Positions 37,918 to 49,168 of a stretch of 64,000 nt of DNA are shown piece by piece (position 1 is the first letter of the stretch; each line of letters begins with the position of its first letter). Origin of the DNA: Tubulanus polymorphus (Eukaryota > Animalia > Nemertea). The stretch lies in contig NC_134031.1 of assembly GCF_964204645.1 (NCBI RefSeq), positions 10,976,088-11,040,087 on the forward strand. The letters run 5' to 3'. A program made the translations under genes and the position numbers. The notes beneath the pieces are model-generated. The model was given only the letters and a program-made list of their open reading frames with translations, was not told the origin of the DNA and did not search any database.

Positions 37918-38997
37918 TTATTCTTTTAATTTTACTAGATAAAATCCATTCATTAAATTTATCATCATATCCTTTATATTTCACCAAAGAATACTTTTTT
38001 CCTTTAAGAGTTTTTGTTTTCAATACTTTTTCTATTTTGTATTCTATTTCATCTGGATTTGGTACAAGTGATAATTCTTGTTCATAGAAATAACCTAATA
38101 TTTCTTAACATCTTTTATATCTTCTAATTTATAAACAAAAGGTTTAGTTAATATTATCTTTTTATTCTTGAATATTTCTTCAGTAAAATTAGGGGTATAA
38201 CCTTTATAAAATGTTTTTCTATATTTAGATATTCTAACGTGTTGTCCAATTTTAAATTTAGGTTCACCGAAATCATGTGTAACAAACGCACCATATAAAT
38301 TATTCCAAACTATTTCTGAATTATCTTCTTTTCTAGCTTGTATAGGTTTCATATTTATAGAACTATGTTTAGAATTATTATAACCTTTCACTAAATCATC
38401 TAACACATCGATATATTTATATGTTTCATAAGCAGTATAATATTTCCACATTCTAGTTTTCAATGTTTTATTAAATCTTTCTATAATAGATGCTTTTTTA
38501 TCTGAATGCGTTGAAGAATATTCTACATCGTTATCAGATAATAGTTTTTAAAAATGTTTATTATAGAATTCTTTACCTTCATCAAATTGTATCTTACCTG
38601 GAATAGCTTCTTTAAATATTGATTTAAAAGCATTTGTCGCTTCTATTCCAGTTTTATTTTTGATTGGAATTGACCATGCGTATCTACTGAATATATCTAT
38701 AACATATAATATCCAGAAATATCCTTTGTTGTATTCTTCTAAATTCTTCATGTCAATTAAATCTGCTTGCCATTGTTGATCAATATATGAAATCATAACT
38801 TTCCTTGTTAAATAAGTTTTATCCATTTTCTTGTGGATTTGATATGTTGGTTGATTTTGTAGCCATGATTTTAATTCACTATATTTTATATAACCATTAT
38901 CAGATTTAATTTTACCCCATAATTCTGAAACGCTAGAATATGATACTTCACTTTCTGGGTTATAATATAAATCTCTTAAATATTGTTCTTTTTTCAT
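37918..38997 (-). pseudogene. rve integrase with C-terminal chromodomain
   Basis: QQWQADLIDM, VIDIFSRYAW, IQFDEGKEF, KASIIERFNKTLK, YKIEKVL..VKYKGY..KFNEW. Confidence 0.92.
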
Positions 38998-39003
38998 CTT
39001 ATT

Positions 39004-39890
39004 TTAATCAATTAATAATAATTTAGATTTAGTTTCAATGACTTTATGATTTGACTTATTTTCTGGTATAATAGGTTTATTATCATTGGAATCATTATTG
39101 TTATAATAAGATTTATACTTATATTTATATATTACACCGGATAATATAGTAATTGTGATTAACCCAATTGTAATATATAAGTAATTATTTCTTCCAGCAA
39201 TAGAAGAATCAGATGGATTATTATTTGAATCAATATCAGATAATTTCTGTGATTCATTTATATCAGCTAATTTCTTTTTCTTAGCTCTTTTAAATTCTGC
39301 AGATCTTTTTCCCAACTCCTTTGACCATCATTTTTGTTTTTCAGTTCTAGGCTTCTTCTCAATATCATCACTCATTTATTTTAGTTAATTTTTGTTCTGA
39401 TTCATTTTCTGTTTCGCCGTTTGGTTGTAGTACAATCCTAATTGGAATGAAGCGTAACCAACCCATTTTTGTAATTCAGTCATAACTAGGTAGTCATTTT
39501 TCAAATCACTATATAATTTATTTTCAGCATCAATTGGTATTAACCGTTTACAAAATTTTGAATAACATTTGACAATACCATCTGAAATAGAATCATTTAT
39601 TCTAGCTAATCTAGCTTCTTCATAAATCTTAAAATATTTTATTACTTTATCTGGTTTCATAGAGTATAGTTCTTGAAAAGTAATGGTCTTAGTTAAAAAC
39701 TCCTTAGATTTCCCGCCAGCAATTAGTAACTCAAGATGGTGTTTACAATATAAATAGTATTCATAATCTATATTGTTATTAACTTGAATATTATTTTCAA
39801 TTTTGGTCGGAATATCCTTATTATCACTAATGCCCAAATCATCTAATGTTTTTCAATATCTGTATTATTCTTACCCGATTTCTTTGACAT
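39004..39890 (-). pseudogene. Two conserved accessory genes (starts 39890 and 39375)
   Basis: Homologs of 7440-8339 and 60985-61890; both start at TAAATG. Confidence 0.7.
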
Positions 39891-40168
39891 TTATATTAGA
39901 GAAAAAAAGCGAAAAAAATATTATAAGTATTATAAAATGATATTAGTATCTCTTTAGGTTAATACTAGCTTAGTTAAGTTAAAGAATTCTAGTATTAGTT
40001 ATTGTTTTTTAGTATTTTTTATTTGTGATATAAAGTATTCTCTTTTGAAAAGAATTGTAAAAGAAAATATTAAAAAAAAACAATAACTAATACTAGCTTC
40101 GTTCAGTTAAAGAATTTTAGTATTAGTTATTGTTTTTTAAATATTTTTTATTTAAATTCTATTATTCT

Positions 40169-40836
40169 TTAACCACTCATTAAAGATTCAACGTATTGTT
40201 CATTATTTGGATCATTATTCCATAATTCAATAAATTTCTTTGCCTTTGTTAACTGTTCTAAATATAACTGTAAATCTAGTTTATTAGATTTGATTTTATT
40301 TTCTTTCTTTTCAAGAGGTCTTAGATTCTTCCAATTCCAAATAAGTTTTTTATTGTGTTCAACATTCATGTTAAATTTAGATATCGGTAACACGTGATCA
40401 ATATGAAAATAATCTCCATAATTATCTATATTCATTTGACTATCGAATTGAAATATAATCCGTGATTTGAGAAATTCATCTGTACAACCCAACAAATTAG
40501 ATAGTGTTTCTGAATGTGTTTCCTTGTTGAATAATTGTGTTAATCTAGATCTCAAGCATTGTTTCAATCTAAAATTAAGATCTGTTTGATATCTTTCTCT
40601 CATATATTCTGTCATATAATCATTATAGCTTCTCTATTATCTTCTCGATATTGTTGAGTATATAGTTTAAAACAAGTTTTACAGCAATATTGAAAACCAT
40701 CTTTGCTAATCTTACGCTTACTAAATTCTGTTATAGCTAATTTATCTAATTCACATTTAGAGCACTTCTTGTAGTATATATTTATGACACCAGTGTTATT
40801 TGTAATATTGATAGTTTGTGGTTGTTCTGGTTCCAT
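40169..40836 (-). pseudogene. HNH endonuclease of large-DNA-virus type with N-terminal Zn finger
   Basis: CSKC..K...EF....SKDG....CKTC; NFRL...LRSRL, LLGC, NYG..FHIDHVLPIS.F, WKNLRPL...EN..KSNK; one frameshift. Confidence 0.75.
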
Positions 40837-40974
40837 TTATTATACATATTTTTTTACTAAATTGGTTAATATTTTAGAATCCTCTTCCATTTCTTCGACT
40901 AACGTCATCCTTTTTCATTCCTCGCTGCTTTTGATAAGTCGTTTCGATTCCTTGATATCTAAATCATACCACTG

Positions 40975-41272
40975 GGCAAAAGCGCGCATACAGGCGCGCT
41001 TTTGCTTAATGCGCATGCGCTAATCATAATTATATATTCATTCTGTAAAATAGAAACAACCGGCATAAAATATCAAAACGCGTTCGCATTAGGAAAATGC
41101 GCGCATATAGGCGCGCTTTTGCTTAATGCGCATGCGCTAATCATGATTATATATTCATTCTGTAAATTCTGTAAAATAGAAACAACCGACATAAAATATC
41201 AAAACGTGTTCGCATTAGGCAAAAGCGCGCATACAGGCGCGCTTTTGCTTAATGCGCATGCGCTAATCATAA
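40975..41272. repeat. GC-rich tandem repeat, 117-126 bp unit, ~2.5 copies
   Basis: GCGCGCATAYAGGCGCGCTTTTGCTTAATGCGCATGCGCTAATCAT at ~40982, 41098, 41226. Confidence 0.85.
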
Positions 41273-41963
41273 TTGAAACGAATCATAATTGAAACGACTG
41301 AACATAAAAATTCACCAAACAGATTTAAACAATACATTATACAAGTTGTTCAGTCGTTTCTTCCAATACATCATTTGATTTCTATAAATACAATTTATAA
41401 TTACAAACATTTTTTCAATTGCCGGTAAATATTTAACTACATCAACAAATGTTAAACTTAATCATTGGAGTCTTAATGTTTTTGAAATTCTTATATAGTT
41501 TCTTCTTCGATCTTTTGTGATTCTTGTGCTTCTACGTCAATTTCTATTGGTTCGATATCCATTGCTGTTGATTCCTCAGTCAGAAAGAGTATCTTGAGTT
41601 TCTCTATCACTTCTTGATGCGTATGACGTTTTATTAATCTAAAAGATATTAGTTGTAACTCTAATTATCTAAAAGATAAACTAAATACACTTAAATATAT
41701 CTAAAGGTTTCATATTTAATAGCCCTAATAACTACAAAAAACTGTACTTACATTTAGATTTAGAATTGTAAACTATAAACTCCTAATTGCGTTTCGAGAG
41801 AGAATATCCTAAGCGTTATGTTGTATCATCTATTCAGTTCCGGTGCGATTTCTAGAATGAACACGTCTGCGATTATGACACGTCATCTATTCAATTCCGG
41901 TTCGCTTTCTAGAATGATATAATGTATGTGTCTGCAGTGTATTATGACTCATATGTCTCGGTG

Positions 41964-42440
41964 TCATAGTAACGGCTGTGACAGCTGTAGTTTATAGACT
42001 TGTTCAATAGTCTTTACATACGAGTAAGGGGGTAGAGCAAATCTCCCAAAGTCTTTATTCAGCGTGGGGTGTCTCAGGTATATGTAAAATGACTCCTGAA
42101 CACCTCGTTCGAACCACCGGGGTTCCACCGTCAAAATGTCTGTGTTGCCTATATCAACAGAGTGATCAGGATTGTCAGTATGGATGTGTTGGGATACCTC
42201 TGACGTCATAGAGCTAGGTCGACGGTGTTCACCAAAGCGGGCTCTCAAGGAGCGCTCAGTTTCACCAACATAACTCGCATCGCAAGATTCACATTTAACA
42301 TGGTACACCGGTCCTTTAATGCGTTCTTTAGGTACCGGGTCCTTCGGTCTAACTAATAACTGGCGTAACGTGTTCACCGGTTTAAAATACACACTAATGT
42401 TGTAGTCTTTCATCACCCGTCTGATTTGTTCAGACATGCC
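41964..42440 (-). pseudogene. Penelope-like retroelement GIY-YIG endonuclease fragment, cut by the type-B Polinton
   Basis: GMSEQIRR, VYFKP..TLR, GPVYHVKCESCDASYVGETERSL..R..EH, R...E..YI....P.LN.D.G. Confidence 0.88.
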
Positions 42441-42498
42441 AGTAGTTATATAGGGTCACTTTGGGACCGAGTGAGAAGTGAGGAGCAGTGAGGAGCAA

Positions 42499-42554
42499 TG
42501 ACGTCATCGCTGACGTCATGGATGACGTCATGGATGACGTCATTGATTACATCA
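42499..42554. promoter_or_regulatory. Array of CRE/ATF palindromes in the terminal repeat
   Basis: TGACGTCA at 42499, 42511, 42523, 42535 (12 bp period) plus a degenerate fifth. Confidence 0.6.
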
Positions 42555-42739
42555 TGTTGGTGGGGGAAAACGTGTTTGGGCGAGAATATCGATAACAATA
42601 AAGCGAAGCCATAAAACGTGTTCGGGCCTGATATTTGTGGACAATAAAAACGCGATATAAATCATGTTTAGACGTCATTTAACTCGGAGACTTCGGGCGG
42701 TTAACATCGGATCTCTTCACATCGACTATCGCGGATATC

Positions 42740-43577
42740 ATGGATTCACCAAGCGGCCGAAGCACATGTAGTTTAGAAATATGTAGTTCTCCTAAAAAAG
42801 CGAAGCTTTCACCCGCATATAGGAAAAGGAAACCGGTTCATCTCAAACTTAATTTCGGTAAGTCTATTTCTGTTTCGAGACAATATTTCGTAAAATGATG
42901 TATGTATGTTCTAAATACTCAATTTCGTAACTTTATTTTCTATAGACTCAATCGTTAATGATAACGCCGTCGATACGCCTCAGTCAATGAAAACCGTCAC
43001 ATCGTCAGATGGTCAACCCGATCCTCATTATTTAGGACAACTCGTTTACGCGTGCGTGAAAACATGGCAGGGTTCAAAACGTATCGATCTCAGGACATAC
43101 GAGTGCTGCGACCGGAAGCACCAGTTATACCCGACTAAAAACGGTATCGCGTTAGATTTGCAAGAGTGGGTACATATCGACTACTGTAAATCCGATATCG
43201 AACACGAAATTGAGCGAGTCAAACAACAAGCGGGATATGTGGGAGTTATGACTATCGGTCGTTCGAACTTTATTAAAATCTATCGTTCTAGTCATAATAG
43301 TCGTGTATACATCGATATACGGTTCTATATACTATGCGATGCGAAAGGCGAAACCGTACCTTCTAGAAAAGGTGTAAAATTATCTCTCTCTCAGTGGAAG
43401 AAATTAAAAGACATTAATTTTAGCGACGATGTACCCGAACTATCCGATATGAAACCGTGTTGGTACGAACAAAGTCATCAAAATCAAGAATATAGATGCG
43501 CATACTGCGCAAAGGACACTAGCGGAGTTCGTAATGCTCCAGAATATTCCGCATACGCTCCCAGTAAGAATAAATGA
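42740..43577 (+). CDS. Tandem PC4-like ssDNA-binding/coactivator protein, two exons (42740-42857, 42946-43577)
   Basis: RIDLRTY..PTKNGIAL..QEW and YIDIRFY..PSRKGVKLSLSQWKKL; GTAAGT...TTTTCTATAG intron joins a 39 aa basic exon in frame. Confidence 0.8.
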
Positions 43578-44013
43578 ATACGTTTAATTAACGGTCTAAT
43601 AATATGTATTGTTTTTCTAACTTTATTATCCACGATTAAATGAAAATAAACGTGTGTCAATAGAAGTCAATTGTCTTTGTCATTGTTTCGTCGGTCATTC
43701 ATTCCCTTAAAGTTCAGTCATTTCGATATGTCGACTGTCTGTAGCATGATTCCATCAATTGCCTATCAATCAATCCTCTCATTGTTGGCCTTATCTACAC
43801 GATCAAATTCCATCCTTTAGTGTAATCCAAAGCGACTATGATAATTAACATATCAATAAACGAATAACGATGTTCAATTTAACATAATATTTGATAAACT
43901 TTATTATATTAGTAAAGGATAAATATTCTATATAAATAGTAAATGTACAAAAAAATTCATTATTTAAATTCAAAAAAATAGTGGTGACTAGAGGAGAATA
44001 ATAAAACGCGTGT

Positions 44014-46676
44014 CTAAAAACCGTAGGGAAGCGTGTTAAATCTGTTCGTTGGATCAAAAGCCCTTTTAGTGTATACGGCGCGATATATTTTTCGCTCGTC
44101 TCTATTAAAAATGGAACATTTTTTGATGTCTCGATTTATCTTGTTTGGAATGGAAACGTACAAATGATCGTATTTTTCACCGACTATAATATCAACCATT
44201 GATTTAAAGTTGACTATTTGTTTATTTCTAAAATTCAAATTAATTCCTTTCACTTTGCATTCCGATGAGAATTTATTGTCACGCGGACTGAAAACACGGA
44301 ATGCATAGTTTTTCGGACCGGCCGAAACGAATTCCGAAATATAGGCACCATCTCCGTATTTATCTGCCAACTCATCGGTCATATCCCCTAAAAAGTTTCC
44401 AGTTGGCGGATCCCATTGATCAGGTTTAACGGTGTAAATGATTGAGTCGGTATCCGTGTAAAGGGTTCGATCCCCTAGTTTCTCCATATAACTATAGAGA
44501 ATTAGTCGAGCGCGGCTAAGGCGACGCTAGTTTTACCGGAGGATTCGACAAATTCGTCGCGTTTTCTGTAGTGCACCCTTAACACCTCTTCGTTACACAA
44601 CAGTAAATCTTGTATCTCCAAACTATCGTCTAAAAGCATGCTGTACATTTCACCGGGGTCTGAAATATATTTAGCAGTGGTTTTGTTTTCATTTTGACCG
44701 AGTTTACCCCACATGCTATTTAAACATAGTTTGGCGACAGTTCGCATGCCCTTCGCCTTCTTTATGTTATTTTCTTCGAGACGGATACCCTCGCGCTCGA
44801 AATAATCGGATAGAAATTGGTCTTTTTCGGCGCGAGTCATATCGGGAGATGGCCACCCGCTAGCTTCGGTTTTTACTTTTAGAAATTTTCCTATATAGTC
44901 TGCAAATAATCCGGTTTCGCTACGTTCCCAATTCCAAATTTCGAATATACCGATAATACGGTATCCCAATTCAACGGCTTTTTGGATCTCTAAACTGACC
45001 CACGTTCCGGTAATAGCACGTTCGTCTTCCGAGTGGCGACACCTTTCGCGTTGATTACTATCTTCAGCGCACGAGCGACACAAAGGAAAGGATAATTTGC
45101 CATTGGCTCTGTATGGAAGGATGGGTAAATATAAGCCCCGAGGTGGTAAAATTCGGCATTTAATCAACCCGTAATAATCTTTGATATCACCGAAATTTTC
45201 AGTTATAACTGTTGGGTGACCTATTGGATAGCTACAACGACTATTAACGTACGGGTATAGCGAACATATGTCAATTAGCCTTCACCTTTTTGTCCAGCTC
45301 GGGGATTCCACACTTGCCGGTGGGGACTCCTGTCGCCTGGTGCAATGCGAGAGCGGCTTCTCGTTGCGGTGATTTTTCGCATTTACGAATTATGTTATAA
45401 CGAGGGTCATTATCGGCTCGCGCCTTCGCCACGACTAGCGCCCTCGCTAGGCATAAATCGTCATCATTATTTATACTGATGACCGATTTCTTTGTTTTTC
45501 GGAACTGTTCAAAGTCAGTCGTTATCCGCTTTTGTCTAGCACCACCGAGAGGCATCCTAATGAGTGTACAATGAAAGATCAGCCCGTCCAAAGATAGATC
45601 TTCGTTAGACTGAAGAACACTAACAATACGCTCGAGTAAATAATCGATAGTGATTTCTTCTAGAGGTACGTAGAAGTATTCGATATTTCTTTGAAGATTT
45701 TCATGTTCTATCGAAATCCTCAACATATCGGTTGGCCGGGCGTCTAACATCTCACTCATTGCCGCTAGGATGTTACTTAAATACTCGCGGAGTATTGTTT
45801 CGTTATCGCGCGCTGTTACGGTATCGTCCTCTTCCTTATTACTATCATCGTCCTTGTCATTGTTGGTAATCACAATAGCCTTGAACCATTCAGTATTCAT
45901 GTTGAATTTACGGCTATGCTGCGTTCCGGTCTGTAAAATAAATATAAAATTGTTGAAAAACAATCAGGTTTTTTTTTTTTACACGATCTATCGAATTTGT
46001 TCGATAATACTTACTCTAACTAACTTAATATTCCCTCTAATAATTTCATCGGGACTATTATTATTATGACACAGACGTTTTTGTGTCGAATGCTGGTCAT
46101 TGTCGTCATCGTCCCTGGGTCGTTTCTGAGCCGTAGAACTACAATGTTCCCTATGTATTTTCAGATCGTTTATTTCGGTAAAAGATCTTGCGCAATTAGA
46201 ACATGAGAATTCCTTCGCAACCGGTCGTCGTGGTTTACACGATCTCATGTGCCGCTTAAGATTATCTTTTCGAGCCGATCTTTTACCGCAATTATTACAC
46301 TGAAATACAAATTAAATACATATAAATACAAAACGTATAACGTATATATTATGATCATGATAATATATATATATATATGTCTGAGGATTCTTACCGTGAA
46401 AGCGGTTGACGTAGATGGTTGAGGAGATCACCGAACATTTGATATAGGTTGCTTATCGTCTGGTTGGTCAGAAGTCTGAGCTATCGGTGGCACTCTATCC
46501 TGCGCTACCTGCCGATTATTACAATTTTTCATATGCCGCACTAAATTATCTTTTCTGGCGTGTGCTTTACCGCACTCCAGACATTTGAAACCCTTCTTAC
46601 CCTCATGCATCATCTCATGACGTTTGAGATTGAATTTCGAGGCGAAGGTAGCGTTACAAATGCTGCACGAATACAT
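44014..46676 (-). pseudogene. polB: Protein-primed PolB, type B, with spliced Zn-finger exons and large internal deletion
   Basis: DICSLYPY, KLCLNSMWGK, LYTDTDS, FVSAGPKNY, KVKG; N-terminal NDDDLCLARAL joined directly to motif A near 45275; introns 45931-46014 and 46300-46394. Confidence 0.9.
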
Positions 46677-46695
46677 GATCTATAAAAGAGAACAT

Positions 46696-47229
46696 CTTTG
46701 TTACTTTAAAAAAATATCCAAACCACAAATTTTATAATTGAATATTTTATCAAACCTCTTAGTATTTTCCTATTAAAAATGTACAAACCACATTTTCTAA
46801 AACTTGAAAAATTGTCAAACCGGGTTTTGTAAAATTCTAAACTTTATCATTACGATATAGTTTTTACGGATTTCGTTTTAAACAAACTTTGTTACTTTAA
46901 AAAATATCCAAACCACAAATTTTATAATTGAATATTTTATCAAACCTCTTAGTATTTTCCTATTAAAAATGTACAAACCACATTTTCTAAAACTTGAAAA
47001 ATTGTCAAACCGGGTTTTGTAAAATTCTAAACTTTATCATTACGATATAGTTTTTACGGATTTCGTTTTAAACAAACTTTGTTACTTTAAAAAATATCCA
47101 AACCACAAATTTTATAATTGAATATTTTATCAAACCTCTTAGTATTTTCCTATTAAAAATGTACAAACCACATTTTCTAAAACTTGAAAAATTGTCAAAC
47201 CTGGTTTTGTAAAATTCTAAACTTTATCA
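46696..47229. repeat. 190 bp tandem repeat, ~2.8 near-identical copies, between divergent PolB and ATPase genes
   Basis: Unit starts CTTTGTTACTTTAAAA at 46696, 46887, 47077. Confidence 0.92.
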
Positions 47230-47304
47230 ATTTTTGAAATTCAAAATTATTAAAAGTCGGCTACTACGGATAATCAAAAACCCTAAAACCCTAAAACCAC
47301 TAAG

Positions 47305-47955
47305 ATGGCAGAATACGATGGGCCTAGATATCTCGTGCATCCATTTACTATGCTAGTCTGCGGACCTACATCATCCGGTAAAAGTTGGTTTGTAAAGAAA
47401 CTAATTACCGAAAAACTTATAGAAAAACAACCGGAAAAAATTTATTGGTGTTATGGAGAGGCGCAGCCCGAAATGTTTCAAGAATTGGAAAAATTTGATG
47501 TTCAATTTGTCGAAGGATTTTCTGATGAACTATACGAAAAAATAAACGGTAGTAGTCGCACCTTAATAATAGTCGACGATCTGATGAACGAAGTTGGCGG
47601 TAATGACACCTTGGCGGCGTTGTATACTAAGGGCGCTCATCATAGAAATATTTCTATTATCACTATTGTTCAAAACTTATTTCCTAAAGGGAAAGGTTTT
47701 AGGACGATTAGTTTAAATAGTCATTATATCGCCGTATTCAAAAACGCTCGAGATAGAAACCAAATTCGGGTGTTAGCTCAACAAGTGGGACTAAAAAATG
47801 AAATAGAACAGGCTTTCAAAGATGCTACAGAAGAACCACACGGTTATTTGTTATTAGACTTTAAACCGAAAACAGATGATAAATGGCGACTAAGGACTAA
47901 AATATTTCCCAGTGATGTATACCACATCGTTTACAAAACTAAGAAAATCCATTAA
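47305..47955 (+). CDS. A32/FtsK-like packaging ATPase
   Basis: HPFTMLVCGPTSSGKS, IIVDDLM, HHRNIS...VQNLF, RTISLNSHY, HGYLLLDF. Confidence 0.93.
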   Translation: MAEYDGPRYLVHPFTMLVCGPTSSGKSWFVKKLITEKLIEKQPEKIYWCYGEAQPEMFQELEKFDVQFVEGFSDELYEKINGSSRTLIIVDDLMNEVGGNDTLAALYTKGAHHRNISIITIVQNLFPKGKGFRTISLNSHYIAVFKNARDRNQIRVLAQQVGLKNEIEQAFKDATEEPHGYLLLDFKPKTDDKWRLRTKIFPSDVYHIVYKTKKIH

Positions 47956-47989
47956 AAGAAAGCTAAGGTCTACTATTTATAAAAGGAAG

Positions 47990-48388
47990 ATGGTTCCTCG
48001 TAACAATAAATCCGTTGATCGGTTAAAAAAGTACGTTCATCATTTTCACGTGTTGGCAAGTTGTAAGAAAAAGCAACGAGAAGCGTTGATCGAATCGGCA
48101 CCAGTAGAACTAATTAACTGTATTTGTGAAATATCTAAAAACAGTTTACTGGGAAATATAGAACATAGCGACAAAGAGAAACGGGTGTTACAACAACATA
48201 AACGATACATTCGTATGTTAGCGAATAAATCTATAGCTGTTAAACATAAAAGGAGAGTTATTTCTCAAAAGGGAGGATTTCTGCCATTCATATTGACACC
48301 TCTCTTGTTGAAACCGATTCTAGAATCTATCGTGACTAATGTTTTAAGTAAAGCCGCGAACAAAGTAATAGATAAAGTTTCGTCATGA
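47990..48388 (+). CDS. Conserved Polinton basic/amphipathic virion protein
   Basis: LINCICEI..N.L.GN, QKGG|FLP adenain-type cleavage motif followed by an amphipathic helix; start uncertain. Confidence 0.7.
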   Translation: MVPRNNKSVDRLKKYVHHFHVLASCKKKQREALIESAPVELINCICEISKNSLLGNIEHSDKEKRVLQQHKRYIRMLANKSIAVKHKRRVISQKGGFLPFILTPLLLKPILESIVTNVLSKAANKVIDKVSS

Positions 48389-49071
48389 AGAACGTAGAGA
48401 AATTGGTTATTCTACCGGAAGCAATGTTACCGCAAGTACAAGCATTCGTAGCTAGTCTACAGGGAAATGAATCTATAACTAAAAAACCAGTTACCGGAAA
48501 TCCGTTAAACGATAACAACCTATCCGATGATTTGAAATATCTAAAATATAACCCGTTGCTACAGCAAGCTATACAAAAAACGGAGCACGATAAACAATCA
48601 CTACCTCGAAAAATTGAAGATATCAACGTCGTTAATAATCCTTATTCGACTGAAAAAATTGTCGAACGTATACCGGTTAAATTCCGGAATAAGTGTAAAT
48701 CGTTATAAACATTTTTCACAGAAAATCCAAACGTTTTGAGATGGAACGAAAAAGGAGAAATAATCTACAAGAATAATTTAATTCCTGGAAGCAATATTTC
48801 TGACCTCGTTTACGTTTCGTTAGTATTAACTACATTAAACCAAAGCTATATTGGATTAGAAGATTATATGTCAGCGATAAACGAACTTAATATTCCTACT
48901 AGCCTAATAAATAATAAAATGTTAAAGAGACGGCTCAAAGGCGAACTTACCGTAGATTTAGATGCGTCGTTGTCTCCAGTAAAAAAGAAGGCAAAAGTAG
49001 ATCAGCGCGGTTCCGGACTGCGTAGTAAGCGAGCTAGGAATGTCGATTTCACCAATTGGCTTAGCTTTTAA
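48385..49071 (+). pseudogene. Conserved Polinton protein, one internal stop
   Basis: ORFs 48385-48708 and 48736-49071 in the same frame; WNEKGEIIY...IPGSNISDL, ELNIP.SLI.N. Confidence 0.7.
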
Positions 49072-49168
49072 TGGCTTCAAAATGCAATTAAAATGTATTG
49101 TTCAATTGTTCGTAGTATTATTGCGCAACTGAACGTGTTCGGGCACGTTTTGATTTCCATTTGATACG

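Larger units (their letters stand above)
24500..41300 (+). mobile_element. Type-A Polinton/Maverick, near-complete gene set (pPolB, penton, MCP, ATPase, integrase), decayed; termini not identified
   Basis: Compact colinear gene array of Polinton core genes; scattered stops and frameshifts; boundaries approximate. Confidence 0.9.

Noticed and set aside
41002-41292. 96 aa ORF
   Set aside because: Lies wholly within a tandem repeat; no coding signal
46696-47229. Possible CRISPR-like array
   Set aside because: Whole units are identical with no unique spacers; no cas genes; eukaryotic context
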